From Phoronis australis (taxonomy: Eukaryota; Animalia; Phoronida): 64,000 nt of DNA. The notes under the pieces are model-generated. The model was not told the DNA's origin and searched no databases. It saw only the letters and a list, made by a program, of their open reading frames with translations. Shown here piece by piece: positions 11,591 through 24,703 of the stretch. Position numbers and translations under genes: made by a program. The DNA lies in NCBI GenBank assembly GCA_002633005.1, contig NMRA01000292.1:474404-538403 (forward strand), given 5' to 3'. Position 1 is the stretch's first letter. Each line of letters starts with the position of its first letter.

Positions 11591-14181
11591 AAGTATACGC
11601 GCACAAATTTTGGGCAACTTAAAAGGAACTTTCTGCACCAATTACTTATTGAATATTTATTCTGACAAAGTAAAAGTAACAGTGCTCGATGAAAAGTGCG
11701 ATTATCACGCTACCAATACCTTTTCTTGTACATAAAAAGCCACATCGATATTTGATTTACTTCACAAGCAAATCCGACCAAAATGAGTGTTGTAACTGCG
11801 GCAGCAGAGTGCAATAGCGGAGTTGCAACCGAATCGATTTAACGATTGCGCATGTCCGGAAATTAGGGTGCGCAAAGGCTACTGGGATTGTTGATGGTAA
11901 ACGGGATGGCCGACTGGTTTGCACGACGTGTAATTTGTGTGCATTAAACTACGCTGCTGTATGTAATTCTGCCGCTATTCGCCCTAATTAGCGCCCATGG
12001 CTCAACAAGTGCCCCAACGCGTTTTCAGACTTTGCTAAAGTAAGCGCCCAGCCCATGAACTACATGCGAAAAATGCCCTTACCTACAGTTCTAACGTCTC
12101 CAATTTATCAATTGAAAGATCCGACAGCCTGAATTTGTAACGGACCACGAGCCTCACCGTTATGTCCGTATACACTTCAAACTTACGCCGCGATTCAAAA
12201 AGAACGCAGAAGTTTTGCTGCTCTTGCGAGGGATGTGCCCCACTACGCGGGTCTGGACTTTGAAAACAGACACAGCGTACTTGTCAAAGAGCGGGATTGC
12301 ATTGTTTCTTTCCAGTACAGATCTTCTCCGGCCTCAAACTTCTTTGTGCATGTGAAAACCGTGAATCGAAGACTAAAAAAAAAAACTCGACCAGTGTTAG
12401 CACGCGACCAAGAAGCGCGCGCTGCATAATGTACCGACTGTCATCGAAGATTAATCGGGTAACATAGCATCGGCAAATAAATATTGGCACTAATTTCCGA
12501 AAGTTTCCAATACCGTAAAAAGCTTCTGCATTATTTTTAAGAGAAATTATTTAACTAATCATAATTGGTGTTTTTAAGGTCAAAATGACCCACTTCGCAC
12601 CCTTACACCCCAAATCTTCCGGGAAATAGCTGTTACACTACGGTCACGCATCCACTCACCCGGCGACTCAATGAGTGACATGTCGGTCTTACCGAAAAAA
12701 TTCTCGAACGTTTTTAGCAGATGAGGCCAGCAAGTGCTAAGCCGTAAATATTAAAACACGCTCTGCTTGACTGCTTGACTTATTTTTTTTTTGGATACAA
12801 TGCACACCTAGATCATTACATTACTCTGGCAAATGAACTCTGACAAGCACACGCACGCTTACTCTCACACACACGCATACAAACTTCAAAACAAACGTCA
12901 CGTGACAACAACATGTGTTCCCACAGAGATTTTTCTCGGGTTGCGTGCTACAATCTAGCGTAGATTTGGACTTAATCTGCAGTTAATCCAGACTTCACAA
13001 GAACTTAAAAATCTTAGAGACGCTATTTGGAAAACTTGAGGAGGATTTCAGGTAATTTGTTGAGTCAAAGCTGTATTCTTATTTAAGAATTCAAGCCCTA
13101 TCGACGATTGCGAGACCAGCAGCTACGCATTTGTCGGCAAGATTTCGCCCTGGAACTTCAACAAAATTTTATGAAAAATGATCGTAATTTAACAACGAAT
13201 TTTGATAGCAATGTACCACAATTTTGTAGAAAGTAAATAATAATAATCTGCACGCTTTATCTTAGCGCGTAATGCATATAGTGTGCATACGTTAAGTGAG
13301 TCGACCCAGAACAGGTGATTGTGCAGAGGCATTATCCTCAAAATTGCTCATGTTGGCTTGGTTCTGGTCAAGCGAAAAAAATTTTTTTTTTCACTACCAA
13401 CCGCCGTGGAGTATTTGTTACTGTTTCTTTGAAGGGAGATATTGTTGGGCAGTTTCTAAGATACGTTTTCTTGCCGCCCTCAAAATGAGCGCTGCACACT
13501 TTATGCTACGAAGTCGGAAAGAATTCACGAAGTCGGCCTTTGCTACCAGCTCTACCGATGTCTCTGACCCATGTTTAACGCAGTTCTTGATCCTTGGGAA
13601 ACAGGTAGTAACTAAATTTTTTATTTCGCTAACTGGTATTATAGCATGCCAGGCACACAACACGTATAACCTCCCTGTGGCCGGTTCGCCCCCACGCTTG
13701 CCGACGTACTTGTTTACCGGCTTAACCACAATGCAACATTCTGACCCATTTCCAATATGGCGGCGTTGCAACTCCGCTATTATCCACACTTTATAGTAGC
13801 ACGTAATATTCTCGCCACAGTGAGTGGTAATAGAAATATTTATGGTTTACATTGCTGGGTCAGGGATTGCTGCCGTACCGTACTACACGTACGCACAGCG
13901 CATGTGAGTGAGCCAGACCCATAGGCATGGCAACTCAGCAATAGGAGTGGAGGTCAATTCTGACCGAGAGCCAGAAACAGACGAGCTGACTCAATAATTT
14001 CGTATTAATCATTGTCAGAAGTCGAATCTCTCGTTGATTACCGGAGACACTTTATTTCCAATCTCGGTAGTCAAGGTGCTTAAATGACAAAGATTTACTT
14101 AATTAAGAAAAGGAAAATTAGTTTTCAATTTGTAAGTGTCGGCTATGAAGGCACATTAGTGCCAGGTAAGCATGAAATATG

Positions 14182-14560
14182 AATCTGTGAATTGTAAATC
14201 TGTAATTACGGATTGCCAAACTGTAATTACAGATTGCCAATCGATTGGCTACGACCAATATACACCCATAAGCTCCCTCATTCTTTCTGACAACTAAGAC
14301 GCACAGTCGAATGTGTGTAATGGGTTGTCAATCCGTAATTTCAAATTGGCAATCCGTATAAACAGAATGCCAATCAGTAATAGCAAACTGGCAACCCGCA
14401 TTGACAGATTGACAGTCTGTCATAACAGATCGGCAATTCGTAATAACAGATTGGCAATCGTAATTACAGATTGCCAATCCCCAATAACAGATTGACAATC
14501 CGTAAAAACAGATTGGCAATTCGTATTGCCAGATTGGCATTTAGTAATTACAGATACAAT
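14182..14560. repeat. 21-bp minisatellite (ggcaatccgtaataacagatt-like), probably MITE-internal
   Basis: More than 10 degenerate units at 14325-14555 and related units at 14195-14245. Confidence 0.75.
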
Positions 14561-14599
14561 TTTTTCGTGGTACTAATGGGCCTTCGCACTATTACTGTC

Positions 14600-15145
14600 T
14601 TTTCCAGAACAAATGATAATGCTGAAAATTATCTCTCAGTAAGCAGTACTCTAATAACTTGTTCGAGATATGTCAAACTTCTTGGTGTCTCTGTAGATGA
14701 AGGGTTGATTAAACTTCAGTGAACATGTTAATCACATTTGCAAAAAGTTAAAGCCTGTGTTCTACTCGGTCTTCGTCATCATCTAGGTGAATCGTCTATG
14801 CTTATAACTGTTAATGCATATATCAAGTCTTACTTTTACCACTGTCCATTGGATTATATCAATTGTGTAAAAAGCTTATTGAGAAGGCGCAGTGCCGCGC
14901 ATTACGTTTAGTGTATGACAATTCATCTTCTTAACAATTCCTATTAAACCTGGCCAAATGTGTACCTTTTGTTTTCAGGCACGTCAACAGTCTTGGCCCA
15001 CGTAGAAAAGTCTTTCGATCTTAAAGTTTACAATTATGACCTGCGAATTCTGACTCTCATCTTTCAGGATACCTGATATCGTCACTAAAATATATGGTTA
15101 GAACTTTGCACTATCTAGGAGTAAAACTGTCGAGTAATTTGTCAA
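14600..15145 (+). mobile_element. CR1/L2-type LINE ORF2 (RT C-terminal) relic
   Basis: Frameshifted pieces: VKLLGVSVDEGL.NFSEHVNHICKK, AYIKSYFYHCPL, IEKAQCRALRLVY, YG...LHYLGVKL..NL. Confidence 0.8.
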
Positions 15146-16460
15146 ACCACCGAGGGCGTCTTTGTGTGGGAGTCGGGGTGCATGTTGTCGTTATCTCTGT
15201 CTGTGCGTCCGACGTCCGGTGTCTGCTGCTGTATCTCCCAAACCTCTTGCAGGATCTTATGAGATTTGGCGGTTGTGTTCCTATGAAAGTGACGAGAGAT
15301 GACAACGTGTTCCGGATCGTTCCCAGCAACTGCCAATGTGCCCCTGAGTGGCAATTTTAGTGTTTTACGATTGCCATTTTATCTTTGGTGTTCCTTGATG
15401 ATTGTTCATGAAATTTGGCAAATAGATTTCTATTACGGAGAAGGCGATGTCTTTCCATTTTCGGACGGATTTGACGTATTGCGCAAAATACAGTAGCTAT
15501 TTTTACTATCCCAACTCCGTTTTTGTCGTCTGCCTCTTCTTCTGCCAAACCGCTCAAGAGGTCATTATGAACCTTAGGAGATGTGTTCCTAATGAGAAGA
15601 CCATGACCGACGTTGATTTTCGTGCGGGTCTGACAATTGCCGCGCCCTCTTGCAGGATCTTTGTGAAATCGATGTTGCAATTGTTAAGTTTGTAACTTTT
15701 TATAAATGTTTCTAAACTGTTTAGCTAGTCAGTAACTAGCACATATGCTAACGCTTTATCATTTGTATCTTGATTTGACTTTGAATAAAGTTTTAATATT
15801 ACTATTTCTACTACTATTACTACTATGTCTAAAACGAAGACTACTAGACACGTATTTACAAATACGCTCCACAAGGTTGCTAAACCGTGGAACACAATTT
15901 TGGCCCAAATACTGCAAATTAAAATTGTTTTTGTGGTAATTGCAATGCCTGAATGAAGCAAAATACAGTACCAGTTCCTAACCAAAACAGAAAAAGTCAT
16001 TTAGTGAAGGAAGTCGGCAGAAAATGCAAAAATGTCAACATTTTCTGCCCACAACCCTCTGTCTCGACGCCATTTTGTCGCTGAGTTATACTGTCGTAAG
16101 TTGATGTCGTAATTTGAGAAAAGACGTCAACAGTTAACCTAATGACCTAGTTTGTACTTGAATACCATTGGATGATTTAGAAACAATAGGCCAATCCTTG
16201 AGATCTTAATCTGAAGGAACCGGAAACTGAGGTGGTCTTTTTATCGACAAATTTCTTTAATTTTGGGTTGCTAATTCTTGTGCAGGAAATGTGAAACGAA
16301 GACAATATAATAATGCAAAACACCACACTAAAACATCCAGCTGCATGCGATTTCAATAGTTATTAGGGCTTTGGGTTGATGGGCTCAGCAGGTGCTACCC
16401 ATCGAAAACAAAGAGATCAGAGGGTGGGATGTCAGAGCCAGTAGATATGGGGATCTGATA

Positions 16461-19400
16461 CACCGTAAAATGTAACAGTTTCGTAAAATGTAATATTTGT
16501 TACATCATTGTTACATTTTACGTTGCTAAGTGTCTCCTAAAATGTAACGTAGAAAATATATCTGAAACTAAATAAGGCGATCCAGATCCTCCCAAGGATA
16601 CTATTGTTTCGTGAAATGAAGAATATAAATCGGTAAATAAAACAACAAGAATGGATCAACTGAAATTTGAAATTTTCGGAGGTAACAACTTCCTTTATCA
16701 ACAAAAACAGAAATAAAGTAAAATCAAACACAAAATGACAATTGACATATAAGATATGGTGTAATGAAAATGATACATTTTTGCGTAAAAAATTCAATGA
16801 CATATTTTAAGTTTTTATGTTCAATCCATGAGGTTCTATTGTATTCAGTTTGTCTATCCAATATTGTTCTCTTTTAAGTCTGTGAGGGGTACTGGGGTGT
16901 TGGAGTTTTTCTATTATTTGTACAGAAAGATCTTGAATATTATGGTTTTTGGAATTGAAAATTGTTACGTTTTACGTAGTTGTTACATTTCACGTCGAAT
17001 GCACATGCGAGAAATGTGCCATTGTTATATTTTACGAAACCAACGTCATGTTGCAAAGAAAATGACCAAAATCACGAACAAGGGGTAATGGAATATTTTT
17101 GGACGAGGGATGCCCCCCGAAAATTTTGAATACCTACCTGTTTAGAAAGTGGGCTCGTACAAAAAACCTACCCATTTAGAGACTAATTTGTGTAAAAATT
17201 CACATTTTCGCAGTCCTGTTCTAGAAATTCAGGAAAGGCACCTTTCAGATATAATTTTGTCGAAAATGGCACCATTTTGGAGAGTATTTTTCTGTGAAAA
17301 AACACCCTTTGGGGAGGCACTTTTCATAAACCTCTTCTATAGGAATGCCATCCGGGCTTACACGACATAAATTTGGCTACTTATTATCATTATTATTAGT
17401 ATTACCACTGTTACTACTATTACTATTATTATTGCTATTACTACCCTGACTACTATTACTGCTATTACTGTCACTAATATTACTCGTTTTCGCTGTCGTT
17501 ATTATTATTATAATTTTTAAATTTATTTCAGGAGGACACAATACATGTTTAGCAAAGTGCTAATACATCATGGTCCTCAAAGATTTTAAAATCATCTCAT
17601 TTATGGTTCAATGTTTTCATCGGGCTTTCTCCATAGTGGACAGCGAGTGCAGTTCCAAAAGAATTTTAAATGGGTTCCTATGTTCAGCCTTAACGATATT
17701 TTGAGGAACGTCTTGACAGCTGTGGTTACAGAGTAGGTCTGCTTTTTGGAAACGAGGGGCTTGAGATTTAAAATCTTGTTTTGACGTGCACCAACTTCAA
17801 AAATTGATTATTTCTGAACTATCGGAAAGGATTGTATTGTTTGTAAACATAATTATATCCACCCGTAGTTTGCCACGAAAAACGGAATTCAGGCCGCACT
17901 ATTTTACTCGCGACTTTCCTCTAATCGTGAGAATACTCACCGTGTAATCATTTTTATCTCTTGTTGAAAACATTCCTTTTCCAAGAACTGGGGATTATTC
18001 CCAGATGATGTGGAAGTTCAAAAATTGCGTTAAGTTGAACGCTGGAGGCAGACATTTTTCGAGAACTAACCACTAATTGGCTGCGGTCATTAGGTCGTTA
18101 GAGCTTGTAAGGGAATATAAAACACGCAACGATTTTATGTGGAACGTTCCCCAATATTCGTAAAAAAACACAGTGATTTGACACAATGATTTGAACTAGG
18201 TTTCTTTGAGAGTGGATTGTATGCCGAGAACAAAAACGGCCAAAGTCGAAGTCAGCGATGTTTAATATGTCATTCTTTTAATGCAATGTATCAAAAGGGT
18301 TAATATACCAAATTCTCTTATCTGCGAGCTACAACACAAAAAATGGCGACTCATGAGACGTGACTTCACGTCTATTAACAATAGAATGTCCAATCTTTGT
18401 CTTTATTTATATGTACTTCGAACTAACGAACATTGACCAGATTAAATAGCAATTTTAATAGAAAGAGAAAGTGCGTGCTTTTGTAGTCCGAAAGGCCGAC
18501 AGTCAGATTTTTTGGACTATTGCCCTTTAAACTATAGACTTAGACCAGGTTTGAGCAAAATGATCATTTCATTTCAGAGTGCAAATTATTTTCTATTTCC
18601 CCAGCTAGGCATCCCATTTTCACGTATACTAGGGCCTATACGCGTCACGGTTTGATCTGTTGTTACTACCACTATTTCAGACAGGTTTGACATCAAATGA
18701 ACAATGATATTTCTCTCATCTTTTAAGTTGCGTGAAACAAGCTACTATGCCGCCACTTTTTTAAACTACTGACTCCCCTTCTCAATAGCGATATTTTGCT
18801 GTTGATTTGGCAAAATCTGTCAACCTGCCGGCAAATAAATGCGTGCTTTTATCTCCTTCCACTACAATGTTTAAGAAATTGTCATTCGTAAATAAGGTGG
18901 TAGACAGAATCCGTTGGCATCAGAAACTTTGGTTTTGCTCCTTTTGTGTGGAGCAGGGCAATTTCTGCATTAGCGACAATGAAACACTGGCCGAAAGAAA
19001 ACAAACTATCGTGGACTGAAACGGGTGTTTTTTTATCAAATTGGCTTCCGAAATAGATTGATCCATGAATTTTTTTTATTGTCGTTTGTTACCGAAGAAA
19101 TACGATAAATATTACCCAAATACGATGTTATTGTTGTACTTACCAAGGGAAGTTTGTTTACTGTAATGCCGGTTTATGACCTGTAAGTGTCAACAAAAGA
19201 TTGCAAGAACGCTTTAACAAAAAAAATTGTTACCTGATCCTGGAAAATCCTGTTGAAACTGTACGCTGTACATTTTTGACTATACCACAAAACTACCCAG
19301 ACATGTTAAAAACATGGAAAGCACATAGGGACATACCAAAAAATTCGACCTGACAAATTTTATAGAATTTCATTCACACAATCCGAGAAAGAAAGCGTTA

Positions 19401-19604
19401 AGTGTGTGAACGGTTTTCCTCCGTTTGTCAAATATCATGCAAACTCATGAAATATAACGTCGTTTTCGTAAAATGTAACAATGGTACATGTCTAGCATGT
19501 CCATTCGACGTTAATTGTTGCAATCACAGAAAATCTAACAACTTGTTACATTTTAAGAGAGGCCTAGCAACGTAAAATGTAACAATGACATAAAATGTAA
19601 CAAC
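16461..19604. mobile_element. Degenerate DNA transposon bounded by long inverted repeats built from gtaaaatgtaac units
   Basis: 16497-16550 plus 16960-17050 match the reverse complement of about 19450-19604. The left arm is interrupted by about 400 bp. TSD not resolved. Confidence 0.55.
17381..17512. repeat. Degenerate (TAT/TAC)n microsatellite
   Basis: ttattatcattattattagtattaccactgttactactattactattatt... Confidence 0.8.
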
Positions 19605-19754
19605 TAGCTGACTGGATCCAAAAATACGATGGCCGGTGTCGCGTGAAATTTCTTCCCGTGAAATGGGGCTATTCGGAAAATCTACAATAACTAGAGGGCG
19701 TGCGTGTACTAGTGGTGATAGATTAACAGCCTCGATTTCGCGAGCCCTTTAAAT

Positions 19755-21800
19755 ACATGGTGAAATGGCTTGCAGCCGTGCCAACTGAATCTGAGATTGC
19801 GTAAAAAGGGTGCTTCTATGAGAGGAAGTAAGCACGACCTCATACAAAGGTAAGGTTTGTGATTATTTTAACGATTATTCCATGATTATTCTACCGATGC
19901 CTGTTAACTGAGGCACTCGCCGATGTCGACTTCGCGGCAGTCAGTCGCCAGCCAGAGTCTGGTTAATCTTTGTATGTTGTGATATGTGATACGATACTTG
20001 ACGTAGCAATCGGGATCTTTTCGTACATCAAAGCATTATTATTGTTTGGAATGATTTCTAAAAGTTTATCAGTGACAGTTACATCAATCAATGCTGAATG
20101 TTTATGCTGTCAACTCGATACAGGTTAATGAGTTAAGATTACAATCCAATCCCAATGGCAAAGGGTACGTGAGTGATAAATATCCATTGCATTAGACTAT
20201 TTGTTTACTCCCTATCATATGTCTTCTGGAAATCTATTACACGTTGAAATGGAAATCTATCACGTCAGTTTTCACGTAACCTTTGGTTTTTAGGTTTGAA
20301 GGCTTGTACCGTGCAGAGGAGATATGCATCGCTTCTGCACCGTCCCTGAATGGACAAAAATTGGTTTTTAGCATTTGACTGCAGCTAACCAACAAGATCT
20401 TCCCATCCAGTGCAGATCTGTTGTCAAAGCCTACTTTCAATATTGGAGACAACGAACAAAGCCTTTGAAAAGGAACAGCTATTTTTAAAGTCATTTTGTT
20501 AAATTACTTATTCAGGTCCCGAGGGGGGATTGGCATGGGGGGTTGTAATATTTGGTACAACTGAATGTGTGGAAATAACAGGTAATACATGTTTGGGGAA
20601 AAGAGCATGGTGAGGTAATTCTTAACCTTCACGAAGTCCCTTCAAGTTGATTTCATGAAACTGTTTTGCGACTTGTATCAATTGTAAAACCACGAAAATA
20701 TATTACATTTTCCGAATTCACAGTGACTGAATAGTCTTAACTCATGCCTTGAAATGTTGCAAGTCGTTATAAATTCAAATGACTGCCATTTTTGTGAAAA
20801 TTGCATTTTTGATGGTGCCTTACGATTTGTAATTACTCTTAAACAACAGAAAGATTATCCATCATTTTTAAATGACCCAAGTCTTCATATCTTCTATTAG
20901 AAGAAAAACGGTTCCCTCAACCTTAGGCTAGAAGTATGCTTGACAGACCCATGAACCTGTAATCTGAGTTTAAAATTGCTGAAAGTATCAAAATTAAAAA
21001 GGCTTGAAAATGGGTAACAAAGGTTTGAAGTTGTCTCAAAAAACTTGTATATTTTACAGACAAGTGATGCGTTTAAAGAATTGTTATGGCTAGGGATAAA
21101 AAATAAAGACACAGTTTTATGCAATACTCATTATATACACCCTTGGTTTCTGAAAATAGTAATTATTTACTTTTATGTGAAACTGTAGACCAATCACCAT
21201 ATATTTTTGAAAAACAGGGATAACATTTTTGATCCAATCTGGAGTACTTAATTATTCATATTTCAATATTTGTTCCAGGTTCAGTGACATTTTAAGGCCA
21301 CTTCAAGCTGTATCATAGACAAGCTTTGTTACTCCGTTCTCTTCCCACAGCACTTCCACACACCAGCAGTGCTGCATGGCACAATGTGCAAGTCAGTGGC
21401 CCTGGAGAAATGTGAATCGCAGTACTAAGTTACCATAAGACAATGTGCCAGTGGAGTGTCTGTGTATCCAGACGAACTATATCTGACTGCTACACAAATA
21501 AGCCTTGTTGGTGAGGATGCCCTTTCATAGGCAATGAGTCATGTGTGGACAATAGCTTATTTCCTTTCCTGGAAGAAACATGAGGGACTGAAGCTAAAGA
21601 AGACCTAGTCACACTCTGGTCTAGTTCAGAGTCTGATTTTGGGCTCAAAACGATTCAAGTGATATGCTGCTGTGTTTACCTTCAAGGGTCTAATTGTGGA
21701 TGTTATTGAGGCTGAATGAGGTTACATGAAAGAAAGCCACGTGTTGAAACTGGACCTTTTTTACAAGCGCTTCTATAGGCCATTGAAACTAGAACCCAGT
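19755..21800 (+). pseudogene. Spliced SAP-domain + YqaJ (lambda-exonuclease-like) pseudogene of the ISL2EU-like element
   Basis: LRKKGASMRGSKHDLIQR|gtaagg (SAP); acceptors near 20293 and 21278; TPAVLHG...ALEKCE...SGVSVYPDELYLTAT..SLVGEDA and LKLKK...VQ...AVFTFKGLIVDVI...LKLDLFYKRFYRP (YqaJ pattern), with stops and frameshifts. Confidence 0.7.
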
Positions 21801-22849
21801 GAAATGAAAGCCAAAAGCTGAGTGACATTAAATTTTCCTTTCAGAAGAAAGGCTTTATACTATTGGTAAAAACTTTTCAATTTGGTACAGATTATGGGGA
21901 AATGACATTCAGTGACTGCATCGATTGTCTTATTGTATGTTTTCAATTGTAGCTAGCTGGATAAGAATCTGCTATGCACAAGATTCGAGAATAAACAATT
22001 ATCAGTGTATTTAAAAACAAATGGCAAACTGAAAAAGCACAGAAAGAAACAACATTGCGAGGGAGTCCATAATCAGGCATATCAGGTGCTGAATTTCTGA
22101 ATTACGTTCAATTCTCTCAGGTTATTGCTGAAGGATTGCTTTTCACTTTGTCCAACGGTGAAATAGATGGTCAGGCGGTTGGTTTCAGTTGTTTTTTCTT
22201 GCCTGTAACAGAATAGAAATATTAGCAAATTGTAAAAGAAAAGACAAGACAAAACTACTTTTGTAAGGCAGAACATACTTGACATTTCATCTTCATGTTT
22301 ATGTGTAGAAACTAATAACCTTTGTACCCAAGTCTTATTTAATATCTGAATTAAAATATGTGAAACAGGCTAAAAGTGATTTAACAATGTGTATTTTTCA
22401 TGACACTTAAAATGTGCTTCTGATCTCAACAAGTAAAATTCATTCTAGGTGTCAATTTTTTTCCAATGCAATGTTACGACATTTACTGAATTAAGGCTTA
22501 TTCATGTTAATTCGATAACTGAGCTGGTGGTCCTGGGGGTGGGGTCCACGATAAAATAAGGAAACTCACTCATCTAGAGAATTTTATTGGAAACAGCATA
22601 GTTTTGAAGAGAAACTGCTGTGAAAAAGTCACTCTTGACTTCTGTGCATCACGTACCATACACCTCTTATTTTGGGAGCACTCCCACCCAGGACAATATG
22701 AATATGTGCTGCTAGCCTACCCGGCATCGGGTGAGTTTCCAAAAAGAAACACTTAGTTCCACTCAATAAAACTGTTATTCAGTGGGGTAACTGGTGGGGA
22801 TAACATCACCGAACGATGTTGATAGAAACTGATTGCTAAAAACTTACCA

Positions 22850-23060
22850 AGTAATGTTGTGTAGTCTCCGAATGGAACTGCATAGTCATAGACATAGAGA
22901 GCACACACGGGGCTTCAGCATCCACACACTTTTTGTCAGTTAGTTGACCCTGTTGACCGCAATTGTCCACGAATATAGTAACCTTAGGTCTTTTGGGAAT
23001 TTGTGGCCACCTGTCGAAGACTTGCACCAGGGAAATTAGCAGTAATAAGGCTTAGCGCGA
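22850..23060 (-). pseudogene. THAP zinc-finger relic (transposase N-terminus of the ISL2EU-like element)
   Basis: YYC*FPWCKSSTGGHKFPKDLRLLYSWTIAVNRV...W... followed by a gtaagt donor. Confidence 0.65.
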
Positions 23061-23329
23061 CGACGTATTTTGATAAAAATTCCATCTTTTACCAGTTGTT
23101 TACATACAGACAGCCACGCATGCGCAATTCAATCACCACTAGTACAGCAGCGACACCACGAGGAGAACTCTCCGAATAGCCCCATTTGGCCAGGAATTAA
23201 AAACGACGGCCTGACTTCCTCAGGGACTCGCTTTGCATGTCTCGAAGCATTTAAGTGACATCTAGTGTTTATTTTTCATACCCTTTGTTTGTTTTGCTCA
23301 AAGTCGGCGATTTGTTCGGCCATTGTGTT

Positions 23330-23515
23330 TGAGCTCCGGCCAACCCGTTTTAGGTCCGGCCAACCAGTTTTTGGGTGCGGCCATTTGGTTTTGGGGTACC
23401 GGCCAACCCGTTTTGAGGTCTGACCACCACGTTAGAACACCGGCCATTCGGTTAATTTGCAGTCCAGCCAGCTGGTTTTGAAGTCGGGGCAAGTGGTTTT
23501 GAAGTCCAACCAATT
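23330..23515. repeat. Degenerate tandem repeat of about 21 bp
   Basis: ccggccaacccgttttRggt-like units repeated about 8 times. Confidence 0.7.
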
Positions 23516-24703
23516 GTTGATCCGCCCTTGTTGTTGCAGTCAGGTGTCCACATTGCACTCGAGCAACGGATACGACAAGAGTGACGTCGAATGAGCAGAA
23601 AATGGAAAATGTGCCATTTCTACGACGTCGTCTCACGCTGTTGCCTTACCACGTCCCCCAGATTACGATTTGACCGAGACAATTTCGTTTTCTTCTGTTA
23701 AACAATAATGGCATTCTCATTCATTTGGTAAGGCAAGGGAAGTTATGGTACGACGTGTCACGTGTCGATTACAACGACATTTGCTTAAAAGGGTACCAAG
23801 CCCGTTTTGACCTATTAACACATATCAAAAATGATGTTTCCATCTAGTTCTTTGAAACAAAATAATACTCTGTAACCCTCAACAACTCTTAAATGTTTTG
23901 TGCAAAATTTGAAAAATACTTGCAAAATGTGCTAAACCGGGAAGGTGTGACCTACGCCTTAGACGAGTTACGCGACAACTGTAGGGAAAAACCATCCACC
24001 AGGAACCAAAATATCGTATCTGTGACAAAGAAAATATGAGTTTTTATTTGAAACCTGCTTTTATAACTCAAGTGGGACGCCAATAGTGTATTAGCAGGTG
24101 AAAGAACGTAAATTGGTTGAAATCCCGGAAACAGGGCTTTTAAAACAACTACTTAATCGGTTATCAAATGGTTATGATAGGTGCGAAACATTAGATTTGA
24201 TCTTCATTTGTGTGCACGGTATAACCTCGCAATTGAGTGTATGTGGAACATATGAGTAAGACTACGTTCATGCCTAAAGCATTTCTTAAAAAGAAAGCTA
24301 AGAGTTTATACTATATTTTTAGTATTTAACAACTACTCTAACTTTTTCATTTCACTCAGTGTCGCGTCACTCGCTGTGTGAAGTAAAATGGATAGGTAGC
24401 GTATTTAACATAAAAGGTGCGCATGTAATTGCATGCACCCAATTGTGGAACGTAGACGCCTGCGCCCAAGTGCAGGGCATTTGAGTGGAAAACCTTGAGG
24501 AAAACCACATTGTTCCGCATAGAGGTGCATGCTCTTGTTTGCGGGGTTATGCAGTAACTAATCTTTCGCATGGCGTTACAGGGACTGCCGTGTGCAGCCT
24601 GTGTGGACGGCTTTCTGCTTATGCATTTTTGACATAAGGGACCGTTCACAATCATCGCCATCTTCACGAGCGTACAGATCTTACTTCGCAAGTTTAGACT
24701 TAA

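Larger units (their letters stand above)
19665..23183. mobile_element. ISL2EU-like DNA transposon (degenerate, 3519 bp)
   Basis: TIR ggggctattcgga / tccgaatagcccc; subterminal tgtactagtggtgat at both ends; AT TSD (19663-64, 23184-85). Carries convergent SAP-YqaJ and THAP pseudogenes. Confidence 0.8.

Noticed and set aside
13296-13796. Overlapping 166-aa (+) and 123-aa (-) ORFs
   Set aside because: No recognisable motifs or convincing splice context; they cannot be assigned without a search.
14182-14560. CRISPR-like periodic repeats (also 5221-5485 and 23330-23515)
   Set aside because: The units are contiguous and degenerate with no unique spacers, there are no cas genes, and the context is eukaryotic: these are minisatellites.
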